A stretch of 64,000 bases of DNA from Candidatus Xenobia bacterium (GTDB taxonomy: Bacteria; Vulcanimicrobiota; Xenobia; Xenobiales; QWHO01), in assembly GCA_045863235.1 (NCBI GenBank), contig BTUM01000001.1, positions 333,106-397,105 of the forward strand, read 5' to 3'. The notes beneath the pieces are model-generated. The model had not been told where the DNA came from. It worked only from the letters and a program-made list of their open reading frames with translations, and did not search any database. Below, piece by piece: positions 29,700 through 39,036 of this stretch (the first letter of the stretch is position 1; each line of letters opens with the position of its first letter). The translations under genes were made by a program, and so were the position numbers.

Positions 29700-30980
29700 G
29701 TGACGCTAGAAGTGGCTCCGCATAGTCCCTGGCTGGACATCCACGAGATCTCGAGGCTGTACCGCGAGCATCTTAGCCCTGATCTGGCCCGCCTCATCAA
29801 ATTCAGCGGGCTCGGGACCATGGAGCAGAGCGCCTCGGGCTCGCTGGTGTGCGACCACGAGGGGCAAGAGTACCTCGACTTCGCCGGCGGATATGGCGTC
29901 TTCAACCTGGGGCACCGTCATCCCGAAGTGGTGGCGGCAGTTCAGGCTCAACTCGCGACCCAGCCCCTGTCGGCCCGGGTCTTCCTCAACCCGCTTCAGG
30001 CCCGCCTGGCAGGGGCTCTGGCCGAGGTCGCTCCCGGTCGCCTGCAGTACAGTTTCTTCGCCAACTCGGGCACAGAAGCCGTGGAGGGTGCTCTCAAGCT
30101 GGCCCGGCTGCACACCGGGCGACCCGGCTTCGTGGCCGCCGACCAGGCCTACCACGGCAAGAGCCTGGGCAGCCTGTCGGTTTCCGGACGCAAGACCTAT
30201 CGCGATCCTTTCGAGCCGCTCATCCCCGGAGTGAGCCACGTCCCATTCGGCGACCTGGCTGCCCTGGAGGAGGCCGTCACCGACCAGACCGCGGCCGTCA
30301 TCCTCGAGCCCGTGCAGGGCGAGGGGGGAATCCATGTGGCACCCGAGGGCTATCTGGCCGGGGCCCGCGCTCTGTGTACCCGGAAGGGCTCCCTGCTCAT
30401 CGCCGACGAGGTGCAGACAGGCCTGGGACGCACGGGACGAATGTTCGCCGTGGACCACTGGGGAGTGGAGCCCGACATCCTGGTCCTGGCCAAAGCCCTG
30501 GGCGGAGGGGTGATGCCCATTGGCGCTTTCATGGGAACACCCGAGGTCTGGCAGGCCTTCAAGGGCCGACCCCTCCTCCACACCAGCACCTTCGGCGGCA
30601 ACCCCCTGGCCTGCGCCGCCGCCCTGGCCACCCTTAAGGTCCTGAGAAGGGACCGGCTGAGCGAGCGTGCCCGGGAACTGGGCGAACGCCTGCTGGCCGG
30701 ACTCCAGAGCGTCTGGTCAGACTATCCCTGGTTGATCAGCCAGGTCCGGGGTCTGGGTTTGATGCTCGGCGTGGAGCTGCAAGAGGAAGCCTTCGGAGGC
30801 AGCTTCATTCTGGAGATGGCCAGGCAGCGAGTGATCGCCGTGCATACTCTGAACCAACCCCGGGTGATTCGCTTTGAGCCACCCCTCACGGTCAGCCCGG
30901 AGGAAGTCGACCGCTGCCTGGCTGCCTTCCGCGAGGCAGCTCGCCGCACGGCCGAGCGATTCGCTGCGAAGGAACGCTGA
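29700..30980 (+). CDS. Class-III PLP aminotransferase (omega-transaminase, PatA/ArgD-like)
   Basis: YLDFAGGYG, NSGTEAVE, EPVQGEGG, ADEVQTGLGRTG, AKALGGG, HTSTFGGNPLA. Confidence 0.92.
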   Translation: MTLEVAPHSPWLDIHEISRLYREHLSPDLARLIKFSGLGTMEQSASGSLVCDHEGQEYLDFAGGYGVFNLGHRHPEVVAAVQAQLATQPLSARVFLNPLQARLAGALAEVAPGRLQYSFFANSGTEAVEGALKLARLHTGRPGFVAADQAYHGKSLGSLSVSGRKTYRDPFEPLIPGVSHVPFGDLAALEEAVTDQTAAVILEPVQGEGGIHVAPEGYLAGARALCTRKGSLLIADEVQTGLGRTGRMFAVDHWGVEPDILVLAKALGGGVMPIGAFMGTPEVWQAFKGRPLLHTSTFGGNPLACAAALATLKVLRRDRLSERARELGERLLAGLQSVWSDYPWLISQVRGLGLMLGVELQEEAFGGSFILEMARQRVIAVHTLNQPRVIRFEPPLTVSPEEVDRCLAAFREAARRTAERFAAKER

Positions 30981-30981
30981 C

Positions 30982-31425
30982 ATGCCCTACGTGGAGCGCA
31001 GCATCGTGATTTGCGGGGACATCGAGTCGGTCTACGCCCTGGCCAAGGACATGGAGCGCTATCCGGAATTCATGCCCGACGTGAAGAGCGTCAAGGTCAT
31101 CTCCCGCGAGGGCAACACCACCCTGACCGAGTGGGTGACCAGCGTCGAGGGCACTCCCATCCTGTGGACCGAGAAGGATATCTTCGACGACCAGAACCAC
31201 CGCATCGACTACCGCCTGGTGGAGGGCGACCTGGACAAGTTCGAGGGCTCCTGGATCTTTCGCCCCACCAGGGTTGGGACCGAGGTGGTGCTGGGGGTCG
31301 ACTACGACTTCGGAATTCCCGAGCTGACTGCCCTGATCGGTCCCACCTTGCAGGAGAAAGTGGGCGAGAACTCCGAGATGATGCTGCAGGGGATGAAGAA
31401 GCGCATCGAAGGGTCCGACCAGTGA
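30982..31425 (+). CDS. SRPBCC/START-fold (polyketide cyclase-like) protein
   Basis: VYALAKDMERYPEFMPDV, WTEKD, GDLDKFEGSW. Confidence 0.85.
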   Translation: MPYVERSIVICGDIESVYALAKDMERYPEFMPDVKSVKVISREGNTTLTEWVTSVEGTPILWTEKDIFDDQNHRIDYRLVEGDLDKFEGSWIFRPTRVGTEVVLGVDYDFGIPELTALIGPTLQEKVGENSEMMLQGMKKRIEGSDQ

Positions 31426-32525
31426 AACGATTCGCCTTCTTGATCCATCCCCTGGGCATCCAGGACGTGGTGCGCTACGCTCCTCGCGCGGCTGGCAAAC
31501 GTGAAGCCCTGGTCGCCAAGATCCTGGAGTGGATGCCCCCGTACCAGGCCTCCACCATTACCGGCGTGCGCTCGGCGGCCACCGGCCAGGAAATCGTGGG
31601 AAACTTCGTGTGCATCCCCTTGCTCCCGGCCCAGTTCTTGCAGATGCAACGAAGCGAGGTGGAGCGACGTGTCCTGGAGGGAGCCAGGCTGGGCCAGGAG
31701 CTGGGCGCGTCGATGGTGGGGCTGGGAGGATACACTTCCGTGGTCGGTGGGGCGGGCCGGATGGTGGCCGACGACCTGCGCGCGGGCGTGACCAGTGGCA
31801 ACTCCTACACCGTCAGCACAGCCATCGCAGGCACTCTGGAGGCCGCTCGCGCTCTCGATCTTGACGTTCGGGAAGCGAGCGTGGCCGTGGTGGGTGCCAC
31901 CGGCTCGATTGGAAGCGTGTGCGCTCGGATTCTGGCCCACCAGGTCGGCCGTCTGGTTCTGGTGGCCCGTTCCAAGTCACGCCTGCAGCACCTGGCCGAA
32001 AGGATCCACCGCGAGAGTCGGGCGGCGGTGGGACTGGAAACCGACCTGGAACGGGGCTTGATGTCAGCCGACATCGTCATCAGCGCCACTTCCTCGGGAG
32101 GAGGCATCATTGCGCCCCACGCCCTCAAGCCGGGCGCCATCGTGTGCGACGTCGCCGTGCCTCACGACGTTTGTCGCGAGGTCGCGCGGGCCCGTCCCGA
32201 CGTGCTTGTCATCGAGGGGGGCGTAGTCGAGGCTCCCGGCAACCCGGAGTTCAATTTCGACTTCGGCTACCCGCCCGGACTCTGCCTGGCCTGCATGGCC
32301 GAAACCATGACCCTTACCCTCGAGGGACGGTCCGAGGACTACAGCATCGGACGAGGTCTGGCCTTCGAGCGAGTGGAGGAGATCGCCGCCCTGGCCCGCA
32401 AGCACGGATTCCGCCTGGCGGGGTTCCGAGCCTTTGACCAACCCGTGACCCGCGAGAAGCTCGACGAGGTTCGCTACGAACGGCAGAAGGCCTGGCGGCG
32501 TGGAATGGTCGTCCTGGGCGGGTGA
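31422..32525 (+). CDS. Acyl-ACP reductase-like NAD(P)-dependent reductase (COG5322-like; often mislabelled shikimate dehydrogenase)
   Basis: FAFLIHP, GLGGYTSVVG, TSGNSYT, VAVVGATGSIG, DVAVPHD, LACMAETM; GTGA overlap with the SRPBCC gene. Confidence 0.8.
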   Translation: MKRFAFLIHPLGIQDVVRYAPRAAGKREALVAKILEWMPPYQASTITGVRSAATGQEIVGNFVCIPLLPAQFLQMQRSEVERRVLEGARLGQELGASMVGLGGYTSVVGGAGRMVADDLRAGVTSGNSYTVSTAIAGTLEAARALDLDVREASVAVVGATGSIGSVCARILAHQVGRLVLVARSKSRLQHLAERIHRESRAAVGLETDLERGLMSADIVISATSSGGGIIAPHALKPGAIVCDVAVPHDVCREVARARPDVLVIEGGVVEAPGNPEFNFDFGYPPGLCLACMAETMTLTLEGRSEDYSIGRGLAFERVEEIAALARKHGFRLAGFRAFDQPVTREKLDEVRYERQKAWRRGMVVLGG

Positions 32526-33430
32526 GCCTGCGGCGAATCGTCAGCGTCAGCCTGGGTAGCTCGGAGCGCGACCACGAGGCAGAAACCGAGTTTCTGGGAC
32601 AGCGCTTCTGGCTGCGCCGAGTGGGCACCGACGGCGACCTGGATCGGGCCCGCTCCCTGCTCGAGGAGCTGGATGGCACCGTGGACGCCATCGGCCTCGG
32701 GGGCATCGACGTCTACCTGCGCACTCGCCAGGAAACCTACACCTTGCGAGACGGATTGCGGCTCATGCAAGTGGTCAAGAAGACTCCGGTGGTGGACGGG
32801 AGCGGGCTGAAGGACACGCTGGAGCGCTCAGCGGTGGAGTGGCTCGTGAGCGATGGTCGAGTCCCCCTGGCGGGGCGCAAGACTCTCATGGTGTGCGCGC
32901 TGGATCGCTTCGGGATGGCCGAGGCGCTCCACCAGGCCGGAGCCCGGGTGGTATTCGGGGACATGATCTTTACGCTGGGGGTGGACAAGCCGATCACCAA
33001 CCTGGAAGAGCTGGAGAGCTATGCCCGCAAGCTTTTGCCCGAGATCTGCAAGCTCCCCATCAGCCTGGTCTATCCAATCGGAAAAAAGCAGTCCGAGATC
33101 AGGCCGGATAGTCTGACTGGTCCCTACTACCAGGAAGCCGAAGTGCTGGCCGGCGACTTCCACTTTATCCGCCGTCGCATGCCTGAGCGGCTCGAGGGTA
33201 AGACGGTGCTGACCAACACCGTCACGGCCCGGGACGTGCAAGAGCTTCATCATCGAGGTGTGCACTGGCTGGTGACCACGACCCCGGAGCTGAGCGGGCG
33301 CTCGTTCGGCACCAACGTGTTGGAGGCAGCCCTGGTGGCCCTGGGAGGAGACTATGCCGATCTGATCGCCAGGCTGGGGCTCAAACCCAGGGTGGTCGAT
33401 CTGAGGGAGGTCCCATCTTCGGCGCCTTGA
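32522..33430 (+). CDS. Uncharacterised protein of the family often labelled 'quinate 5-dehydrogenase'
   Basis: VSVSLGSS.RDH, GTDGD, DAIGLGG, PVVDGSGLK.TLE, DRFGMA, GRSFGTNVLEA; GTGA overlap. Confidence 0.7.
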   Translation: MSLRRIVSVSLGSSERDHEAETEFLGQRFWLRRVGTDGDLDRARSLLEELDGTVDAIGLGGIDVYLRTRQETYTLRDGLRLMQVVKKTPVVDGSGLKDTLERSAVEWLVSDGRVPLAGRKTLMVCALDRFGMAEALHQAGARVVFGDMIFTLGVDKPITNLEELESYARKLLPEICKLPISLVYPIGKKQSEIRPDSLTGPYYQEAEVLAGDFHFIRRRMPERLEGKTVLTNTVTARDVQELHHRGVHWLVTTTPELSGRSFGTNVLEAALVALGGDYADLIARLGLKPRVVDLREVPSSAP

Positions 33431-33485
33431 GCAAGGTGCGACGAACCTGACAGGAAACCCCGCCATGGCTTGGAATTGCAGGCGG

Positions 33486-34988
33486 ATGTCCGAAGATGAA
33501 ACAACCCCGCCAACCGAGGAAGACGAAAGCGAGCACCAACGAGTCCGCCGGGCCAACCTGGAAGCTCTCCGGGACGCCGGAATGGACCCCTACGGCGAGC
33601 GATTTGACCGTTCCGCAACAGTTGCCGAGATCCAGCAACGTTACGCTGACCTGGAGCCCGACCAGCACGGAGGAGAGGCCCGACTGGCCGGCCGAATCGC
33701 GTCCCAGAGAGGCCAGGGCAAAGTCATGTTCTGGGATCTCGTGGACGTCACCGGAAAACTCCAGCTCTATTTCAAGATCGATCTTTTGGCCGACAGCTAC
33801 GAGTTGCTCAAGAAGGTCGACCTGGGTGACGTGCTGGGGGTCGAGGGCACGGTCTTTCGCACCCGTCGCGGTGAGCTGTCGCTCCAGGTCACCAGCTGGC
33901 GCGTCCTGTCCAAGGCGTTGCGGCCCCCACCCGATAAATGGAAGGGGTTGCGCAACGTCGAGCTCAAGTATCGGCAGCGCTACGCTGATCTGCTCCACAA
34001 CGCCGACGTCCGTCAGACCTTCATCCAGCGCAGCCGGATCCTTTCGGCCATTCGACGTTACCTGGACGATCTAGGCTTCTACGAAGTCGAGACCCCCACC
34101 ATGACCACGCTGGCGGGTGGGGCTGCGGCGCGTCCGTTCATCACCCACCACAACGCGCTCGACCTGCAGCTCTACCTGCGCATCGCCACCGAGCTCTACC
34201 TCAAGCGCTGCATCGTGGGAGGCCTGGAGAAAGTCTACGAGATCGGGCGCATCTTCCGCAACGAGGGCATCTCCACACGCCACAACCCCGAGTTCACCAT
34301 GCTCGAGCTCTACCAGGCCTACACCGACTACCACGGGATGATGGAGATTACCGAAGGCATCATCGACTGTGCCTGCCGGGAGGTGCTGGGCACCCACCAG
34401 GTCGAGTTCGCAGGCCACTCCATCTCGCTTCTGCCGCCCTTCCGACGGGCGACCATGGATGAGCTGCTCAAGGAGCACGCGGGAGCCGGCGTCCACGAGC
34501 TACGCGACGAGAAGAGACGCCGTGAGCTGGCCGAGAAGTTCGATGTGCATCTGCCCGTCAAAACTTCGCCCGGACACGCTATGGACAAGATTTTCGAAGC
34601 CACTGTGCAAGACCATCTGATCCAGCCGACCTTCGTGCTCGATTACCCGGTCGAGCTCTCGCCGCTGGCCAAGCGCCAGACCGAGGACTCTGGCCTGACC
34701 TACCGCTTCGAGCTTTTCTGCTGCGGCTCGGAGATCGCCAACGCCTTCTCCGAGTTGAACGACCCCGATGATCAGCGGGTGCGTTTCGAAGAGCAGCAAG
34801 CCCTCAAGGACGTGGACGAGGAGGCCCACCCACTGGATGAGGACTTCCTGACCGCCCTGGAGTATGGCATGCCCCCCACCGGAGGCCTCGGCATCGGCAT
34901 CGACCGGCTGATCATGCTTTTGACCGGCAAACCATCCATCCGCGACGTCATCCTGTTCCCGCTGCTGCGGCCCCGCCAGGAGGGGTGA
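33486..34988 (+). CDS. lysS: Lysine--tRNA ligase, class II
   Basis: YRQRY.DL, GGAAARPF.THHN, FRNEGIS.RHNPEFT, YGMPPTGGLGIGIDRL. Confidence 0.98.
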   Translation: MSEDETTPPTEEDESEHQRVRRANLEALRDAGMDPYGERFDRSATVAEIQQRYADLEPDQHGGEARLAGRIASQRGQGKVMFWDLVDVTGKLQLYFKIDLLADSYELLKKVDLGDVLGVEGTVFRTRRGELSLQVTSWRVLSKALRPPPDKWKGLRNVELKYRQRYADLLHNADVRQTFIQRSRILSAIRRYLDDLGFYEVETPTMTTLAGGAAARPFITHHNALDLQLYLRIATELYLKRCIVGGLEKVYEIGRIFRNEGISTRHNPEFTMLELYQAYTDYHGMMEITEGIIDCACREVLGTHQVEFAGHSISLLPPFRRATMDELLKEHAGAGVHELRDEKRRRELAEKFDVHLPVKTSPGHAMDKIFEATVQDHLIQPTFVLDYPVELSPLAKRQTEDSGLTYRFELFCCGSEIANAFSELNDPDDQRVRFEEQQALKDVDEEAHPLDEDFLTALEYGMPPTGGLGIGIDRLIMLLTGKPSIRDVILFPLLRPRQEG

Positions 34989-36187
34989 GCGAGCACAAAT
35001 ACTGGGTGGAAGTCGACCTGGGGGCCATCCGGCACAACTTCCGGCGGCTGCAAGAGCGCATCCGCCCCACCGGCATCCTGGCCGTGGTGAAGAGCGAGGC
35101 ATACGGGCACGGTCTCCTCCCCGTGGCCAGAGTCGCCCTGGAGGAGGGAGCCTGGGGGCTGGGGGTGGTGACCGCCCAGGAGGGCCTCAAACTGCGCCAG
35201 GCGGGCCTCATGAAACCCATCGTGGTGCTCGGGCCGGTGATTGAGAGTGAAATGGACCGAGCCTTGCAGGCCGACCTGTCGCTGCCCGTGCATGAGCTGA
35301 ACCTGGCCCGGCATCTGTCGGCCCGAGCCGTTGCCCTGGGCAAGTCGGCTCGCATCCACTTGAAGGTGGATACCGGACTCTCTCGCCTGAGCGTACCCGC
35401 GGAACAGGCGCTGGAGTTCGCCCGAGCGGTCATGGCCCTGCCCAACCTCGAGCTCGAAGGCGTCTACAGCCACCTGGCCGACGCCGAAGGATTGGACCAG
35501 AGCTACACTCTGAGGCAGTATCAGAGTTTCCAGGGCTGTCTGGAGGAGCTGGCTGCCCAGGGATTTCGCCCCCGAGTGCGCCACATCGCAGCCAGTGCCG
35601 CGGGACTTCTGCTGGAGGCAACCCGCTTCGACCTGGTCCGAGCCGGCATCACGCTCTACGGGCTCTGGCCGGCCGAAGAGACGCGCCTCTTGCTCCTGTC
35701 TGGTGGGCAAGACCTGTTGCACGCCCTCAACCGCCAGTTTTCGGCCGGGGACGAGGTGCGCGAGGACTTCCTTCGCCCGGCCCTCAGCTTCAAGACGGTG
35801 GCCGCCCAGGTCAAGGACGTCCCTCAGGGAGCCTCGGTGGGTTACGGCTGCACCTTCCGCACTCAGCGGCCTACCAGGCTGGCCATTCTACCCCTGGGCT
35901 ATGCCGAAGGCTACGACCGGGGCCTCTCAAATTGCGGGGAAGTGCTGATCCGGGGCCAGAGGGCGCGAGTCGTCGGCCGGGTGTGCATGAACATGACCAT
36001 GGTCGACGTGACCGACGTTCCAGGCGCGGCTCCAGGCGACGAAGTGGTCCTGATCGGCCGACAGGGTGGGCAGCGCGTCTCGGCCGAGGAGCTCGCGAGC
36101 TGGTGCGGCACCATCAACTACGAAGTGGTCACCCGCATTCCAGCGGTCGTCCCAAGGGTTTATCGGGATGAAACTTCCTCGCCTTGA
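34985..36187 (+). CDS. alr: Alanine racemase
   Basis: AVVKSEAYGHG, HLKVDTG, GYAEGY, GRVCM, GTINYEV. Confidence 0.96.
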   Translation: MSEHKYWVEVDLGAIRHNFRRLQERIRPTGILAVVKSEAYGHGLLPVARVALEEGAWGLGVVTAQEGLKLRQAGLMKPIVVLGPVIESEMDRALQADLSLPVHELNLARHLSARAVALGKSARIHLKVDTGLSRLSVPAEQALEFARAVMALPNLELEGVYSHLADAEGLDQSYTLRQYQSFQGCLEELAAQGFRPRVRHIAASAAGLLLEATRFDLVRAGITLYGLWPAEETRLLLLSGGQDLLHALNRQFSAGDEVREDFLRPALSFKTVAAQVKDVPQGASVGYGCTFRTQRPTRLAILPLGYAEGYDRGLSNCGEVLIRGQRARVVGRVCMNMTMVDVTDVPGAAPGDEVVLIGRQGGQRVSAEELASWCGTINYEVVTRIPAVVPRVYRDETSSP

Positions 36188-36303
36188 ACAGCCTGCTTGC
36201 GAACGCTTCCAAAATGCTGTGGCACGAGCGTTGGAAGTTCAGCGTGTTGAAAATCTTTGCAGAGTTCGTGCCAACGCGCCGGAACGTAGTTCGGGCGCCT
36301 CGC

Positions 36304-36342
36304 AAACAAAAACCGCGCCTGACTTGCCCAGACGCGGCTTTC
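36304..36342 (-). terminator. Intrinsic terminator downstream of rpsU (possibly bidirectional)
   Basis: Minus strand GCCGCGTCTG-ggcaagt-CAGGCGCGGT followed by TTTTGTTT. Confidence 0.8.
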
Positions 36343-36370
36343 TTTCACCTTCCGTGTCGCCTTAGTTCGA

Positions 36371-36541
36371 TCAGGAACGACGGCGGCGCGCGGCGAGAGC
36401 CTTCTTCTTGCGCTTGACGCTGGGCTTCTCGTAGTATTCCCGCTTCTTGATCTCGGCGAGAACTCCATCGCGCTGGCACTGACGGCGGAATCTCTTCAGG
36501 GCAGAATCAATGGACTCGTCTTGGTTGACCCGGGTCTCCAT
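36371..36541 (-). CDS. rpsU: 30S ribosomal protein S21
   Basis: [21 protein letters not shown]...[18 protein letters not shown]. Confidence 0.96.
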   Translation of the reverse strand: METRVNQDESIDSALKRFRRQCQRDGVLAEIKKREYYEKPSVKRKKKALAARRRRS

Positions 36542-36630
36542 CTGCTTCTTCCCTCCTTCCTGCACGTCTCACCCCGATTCATGGGCTCGACAGAATGTTC
36601 CCCCGCACAGTTGTTTGGAAAAACTTCCCG

Positions 36631-36659
36631 ATTCTACCAGGACCGGAAAATTCTGTCAA
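36631..36659 (-). promoter_or_regulatory. Sigma70-type promoter of rpsU
   Basis: TTGACA-17 nt-TAGAAT with extended -10 TG. Confidence 0.8.
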
Positions 36660-36696
36660 ACTGCTCACTGACCTCAGGACATGAGATATACCCGGT

Positions 36697-38157
36697 CTAG
36701 AAGCGTTTTCCTGCTCCCACCATCGGGATCCTGGTTCGTTCGGTCACGTCGCGCACCCCACCCATGATGTAGAAGTCACCCGGGAAGAGCACCTTGCCGG
36801 TGAGATCAAGCTGGGGATTCCGCGTGTTATAGGCATCCATGCTGAGCTCCACGCGCTTGTCGAACAGCCGAGCATCAGCCCCCACGCCAAACTGAGAGCG
36901 GATCACGCCGCCACGCAGTCGATATCGCGCGTCACTGAAGTTCTTGGAGCCCTGGACATTGATCAGGTTCGTCCGTCCAAGCGCGTCCACTCCCACCTTG
37001 ACCGACCAGGGCCCCTCCGGGAAGAGCATGGCATTCAAGTTCGTGAACGACTGCCCATCGTTGGTCCAGAACTCTTGCTCGACGTCTATCTGGCCAAGCC
37101 GTCCGGTCGTGCCATCGGTCAAGCCTTTGAATCGGCCCACCAACTCCTTGGCGCCGGCGCTGGCCTCCTTGGCGTTCTTGATGGTGTCGCGCAGGTCTTC
37201 TTGCACCTTCGGGTCGGCAGTGATCGAGCGAATGTCGCTGGCGATGCCGGCAACCTGCTCACTCATATTGCGCAGGTTGGACACGGTGGCCAGCACGTCC
37301 GCTTTCAGGTCCTCGTTCGTGGCCAGGCTCTCCAGTGAGCTCATGGTCTTCTTCAGAGTAATCGAAGTCTCGCGCAGGTTCAGCACGATGGTATCGATAT
37401 TGCCCCGATTGCCGGATACGACCGAACGAAGGTCGGAGGAGAAGCCGCGCAGGTTGGCTCCCACAACCTGGGCGTCGCCCTTGAAGCCCAGCACCGTCTC
37501 ATCGACGTGAGCCACAACTGTCTCAACCGCGTTGCCCAGTCGCTCCACTCGCCCGTTCAGGGAGGCTACCAGCACCCGCGCATCCTTGCTGGCACCCTTG
37601 AGATTGCCCGAGATGTCCTTGAAATTGGACATGGTGATCTTGATGTCGTTCTGGAAGCGCGGATCGGCCACCAGCGAGTTGAGAGCTTCCACCGACTTGC
37701 GGAACTCCCCCATCACCTCGCTCCCTTCGCGGGCTAAATCATCAAGGGTCACCGGGGTCACCCCTTGCACCTCTTGATTCTCGGCCAACGGCTTGGCGTT
37801 GACGGGAACCGGGCCGGGCTGGATCTCGAGCCACTTGTCCCCCATCAGATTGCCGGTCACGGTATAAACATATCCCGTTTCCTTAGAAGGAAAGAGCACC
37901 ACGTCCGGGCGTGTCACCAGAATGTGCACCAGCACGTCGTTCTGGTCGGTCAGCTCGAGATTGGCCACATAACCGACTTTCACCCCGGCGAGTTGCACAG
38001 GAGCGCGGTTCTGCAGCCCGGCAACCTCTTCGAAACGAACCACGTACTGCTTGCCGGCATCTCCCCCGGTCTTGCCGATCTGCGCGTAGATCAGGCCAAG
38101 GATCAGGGCCGCGAGGACCGCGATCATTCCTACTCTCGCTGCGGGGTTGATATCCAT
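36697..38157 (-). CDS. mlaD: MCE/MlaD protein with long helical region and C-terminal beta-rich domain
   Basis: N-terminal TM, GLQNRAPVQLAGVKVGYV, LMGDKWLEI.PG; ends ...VGAGKRF. Confidence 0.88.
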   Translation of the reverse strand: MDINPAARVGMIAVLAALILGLIYAQIGKTGGDAGKQYVVRFEEVAGLQNRAPVQLAGVKVGYVANLELTDQNDVLVHILVTRPDVVLFPSKETGYVYTVTGNLMGDKWLEIQPGPVPVNAKPLAENQEVQGVTPVTLDDLAREGSEVMGEFRKSVEALNSLVADPRFQNDIKITMSNFKDISGNLKGASKDARVLVASLNGRVERLGNAVETVVAHVDETVLGFKGDAQVVGANLRGFSSDLRSVVSGNRGNIDTIVLNLRETSITLKKTMSSLESLATNEDLKADVLATVSNLRNMSEQVAGIASDIRSITADPKVQEDLRDTIKNAKEASAGAKELVGRFKGLTDGTTGRLGQIDVEQEFWTNDGQSFTNLNAMLFPEGPWSVKVGVDALGRTNLINVQGSKNFSDARYRLRGGVIRSQFGVGADARLFDKRVELSMDAYNTRNPQLDLTGKVLFPGDFYIMGGVRDVTERTRIPMVGAGKRF

Positions 38158-38238
38158 CAAATCCTCCTGGAGGTCTGGCGCAACAGATTGTAGAGGTCCG
38201 GCCGCGCGACGACGTTCCCTCGGTTGTGGCGTGCGCGG

Positions 38239-39036
38239 TCATGCAACATGGATCGGCCCTGCCACTTTTCCATCGCGAAACTGTGCGATGAACTCATTGG
38301 TCGTGGTGGTAAACTCCTGAGCTGTACCGATCCAGACGATCCTGCCCTCGTGCAGCATGCAGATTCGATGGCCCACCATCAAAGCACCCCGCAGATCGTG
38401 GGTCACCACCACACAGGTGGCGTGCATGCGTTTCTGGACGTCCAGAATCAAGTCGCTGATCACGGTGGTGATGATTGGATCCAGGCCCGTCGTGGGTTCG
38501 TCATACAAGATGATGTCGGGATCGGTGGCAATGGTCCTGGCCAGGCTCGCGCGCTTTTGCATGCCGCCGGAAAGCTGATTGGGATAAAGATGCTCCACTC
38601 CCTCCAGATCAACGATTGCCAGCTTCTCGCTGACAATGCGAGAGATCTCCTCCTCGCTGAGTCGGGTGTGCTCGCGCAAGCCAAAAGCCACGTTCTCGCC
38701 CACGGTCATGGAGTCGAACAGGGCGGGCATCTGAAAAACCATGCCAACCCGCAAACGAAGCTCGTTCCATTCGTTGGGCCGCAACTCGGAGATGTCTCGC
38801 CCATTCACCAGGACCGTGCCCGAAGTCGGCTTCTGCAGCCCGACCAGGCAGCGCAACGTGGTGCTCTTGCCCACTCCCGATAGCCCCATGACAGCCAGTG
38901 TCTGGCCTCGGGGCACCTCAAAGGAGACGTTGGAGAGGATCTCTCGCCCACTGAAGGCCACCGTGAGGTTCCTGGCCACGATCGGCGGATCGACCAGCGG
39001 GGTGCGAGGGCCGGTAACGGGAGTGTTCGTGCTCAT
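38239..39036 (-). CDS. mlaF: Mla/TGD-type ABC ATPase
   Basis: GLSGVGKST, FQ.PALFDSMTV.ENV, LSGGMQKR, YDEPTTGLDP, VTHD. Confidence 0.92.
   Translation of the reverse strand: MSTNTPVTGPRTPLVDPPIVARNLTVAFSGREILSNVSFEVPRGQTLAVMGLSGVGKSTTLRCLVGLQKPTSGTVLVNGRDISELRPNEWNELRLRVGMVFQMPALFDSMTVGENVAFGLREHTRLSEEEISRIVSEKLAIVDLEGVEHLYPNQLSGGMQKRASLARTIATDPDIILYDEPTTGLDPIITTVISDLILDVQKRMHATCVVVTHDLRGALMVGHRICMLHEGRIVWIGTAQEFTTTTNEFIAQFRDGKVAGPIHVA

Noticed and set aside
36184..36417. 77-aa ORF overlapping the alr stop
   Set aside because: Runs through the rpsU terminator and into rpsU antisense; no recognisable features.
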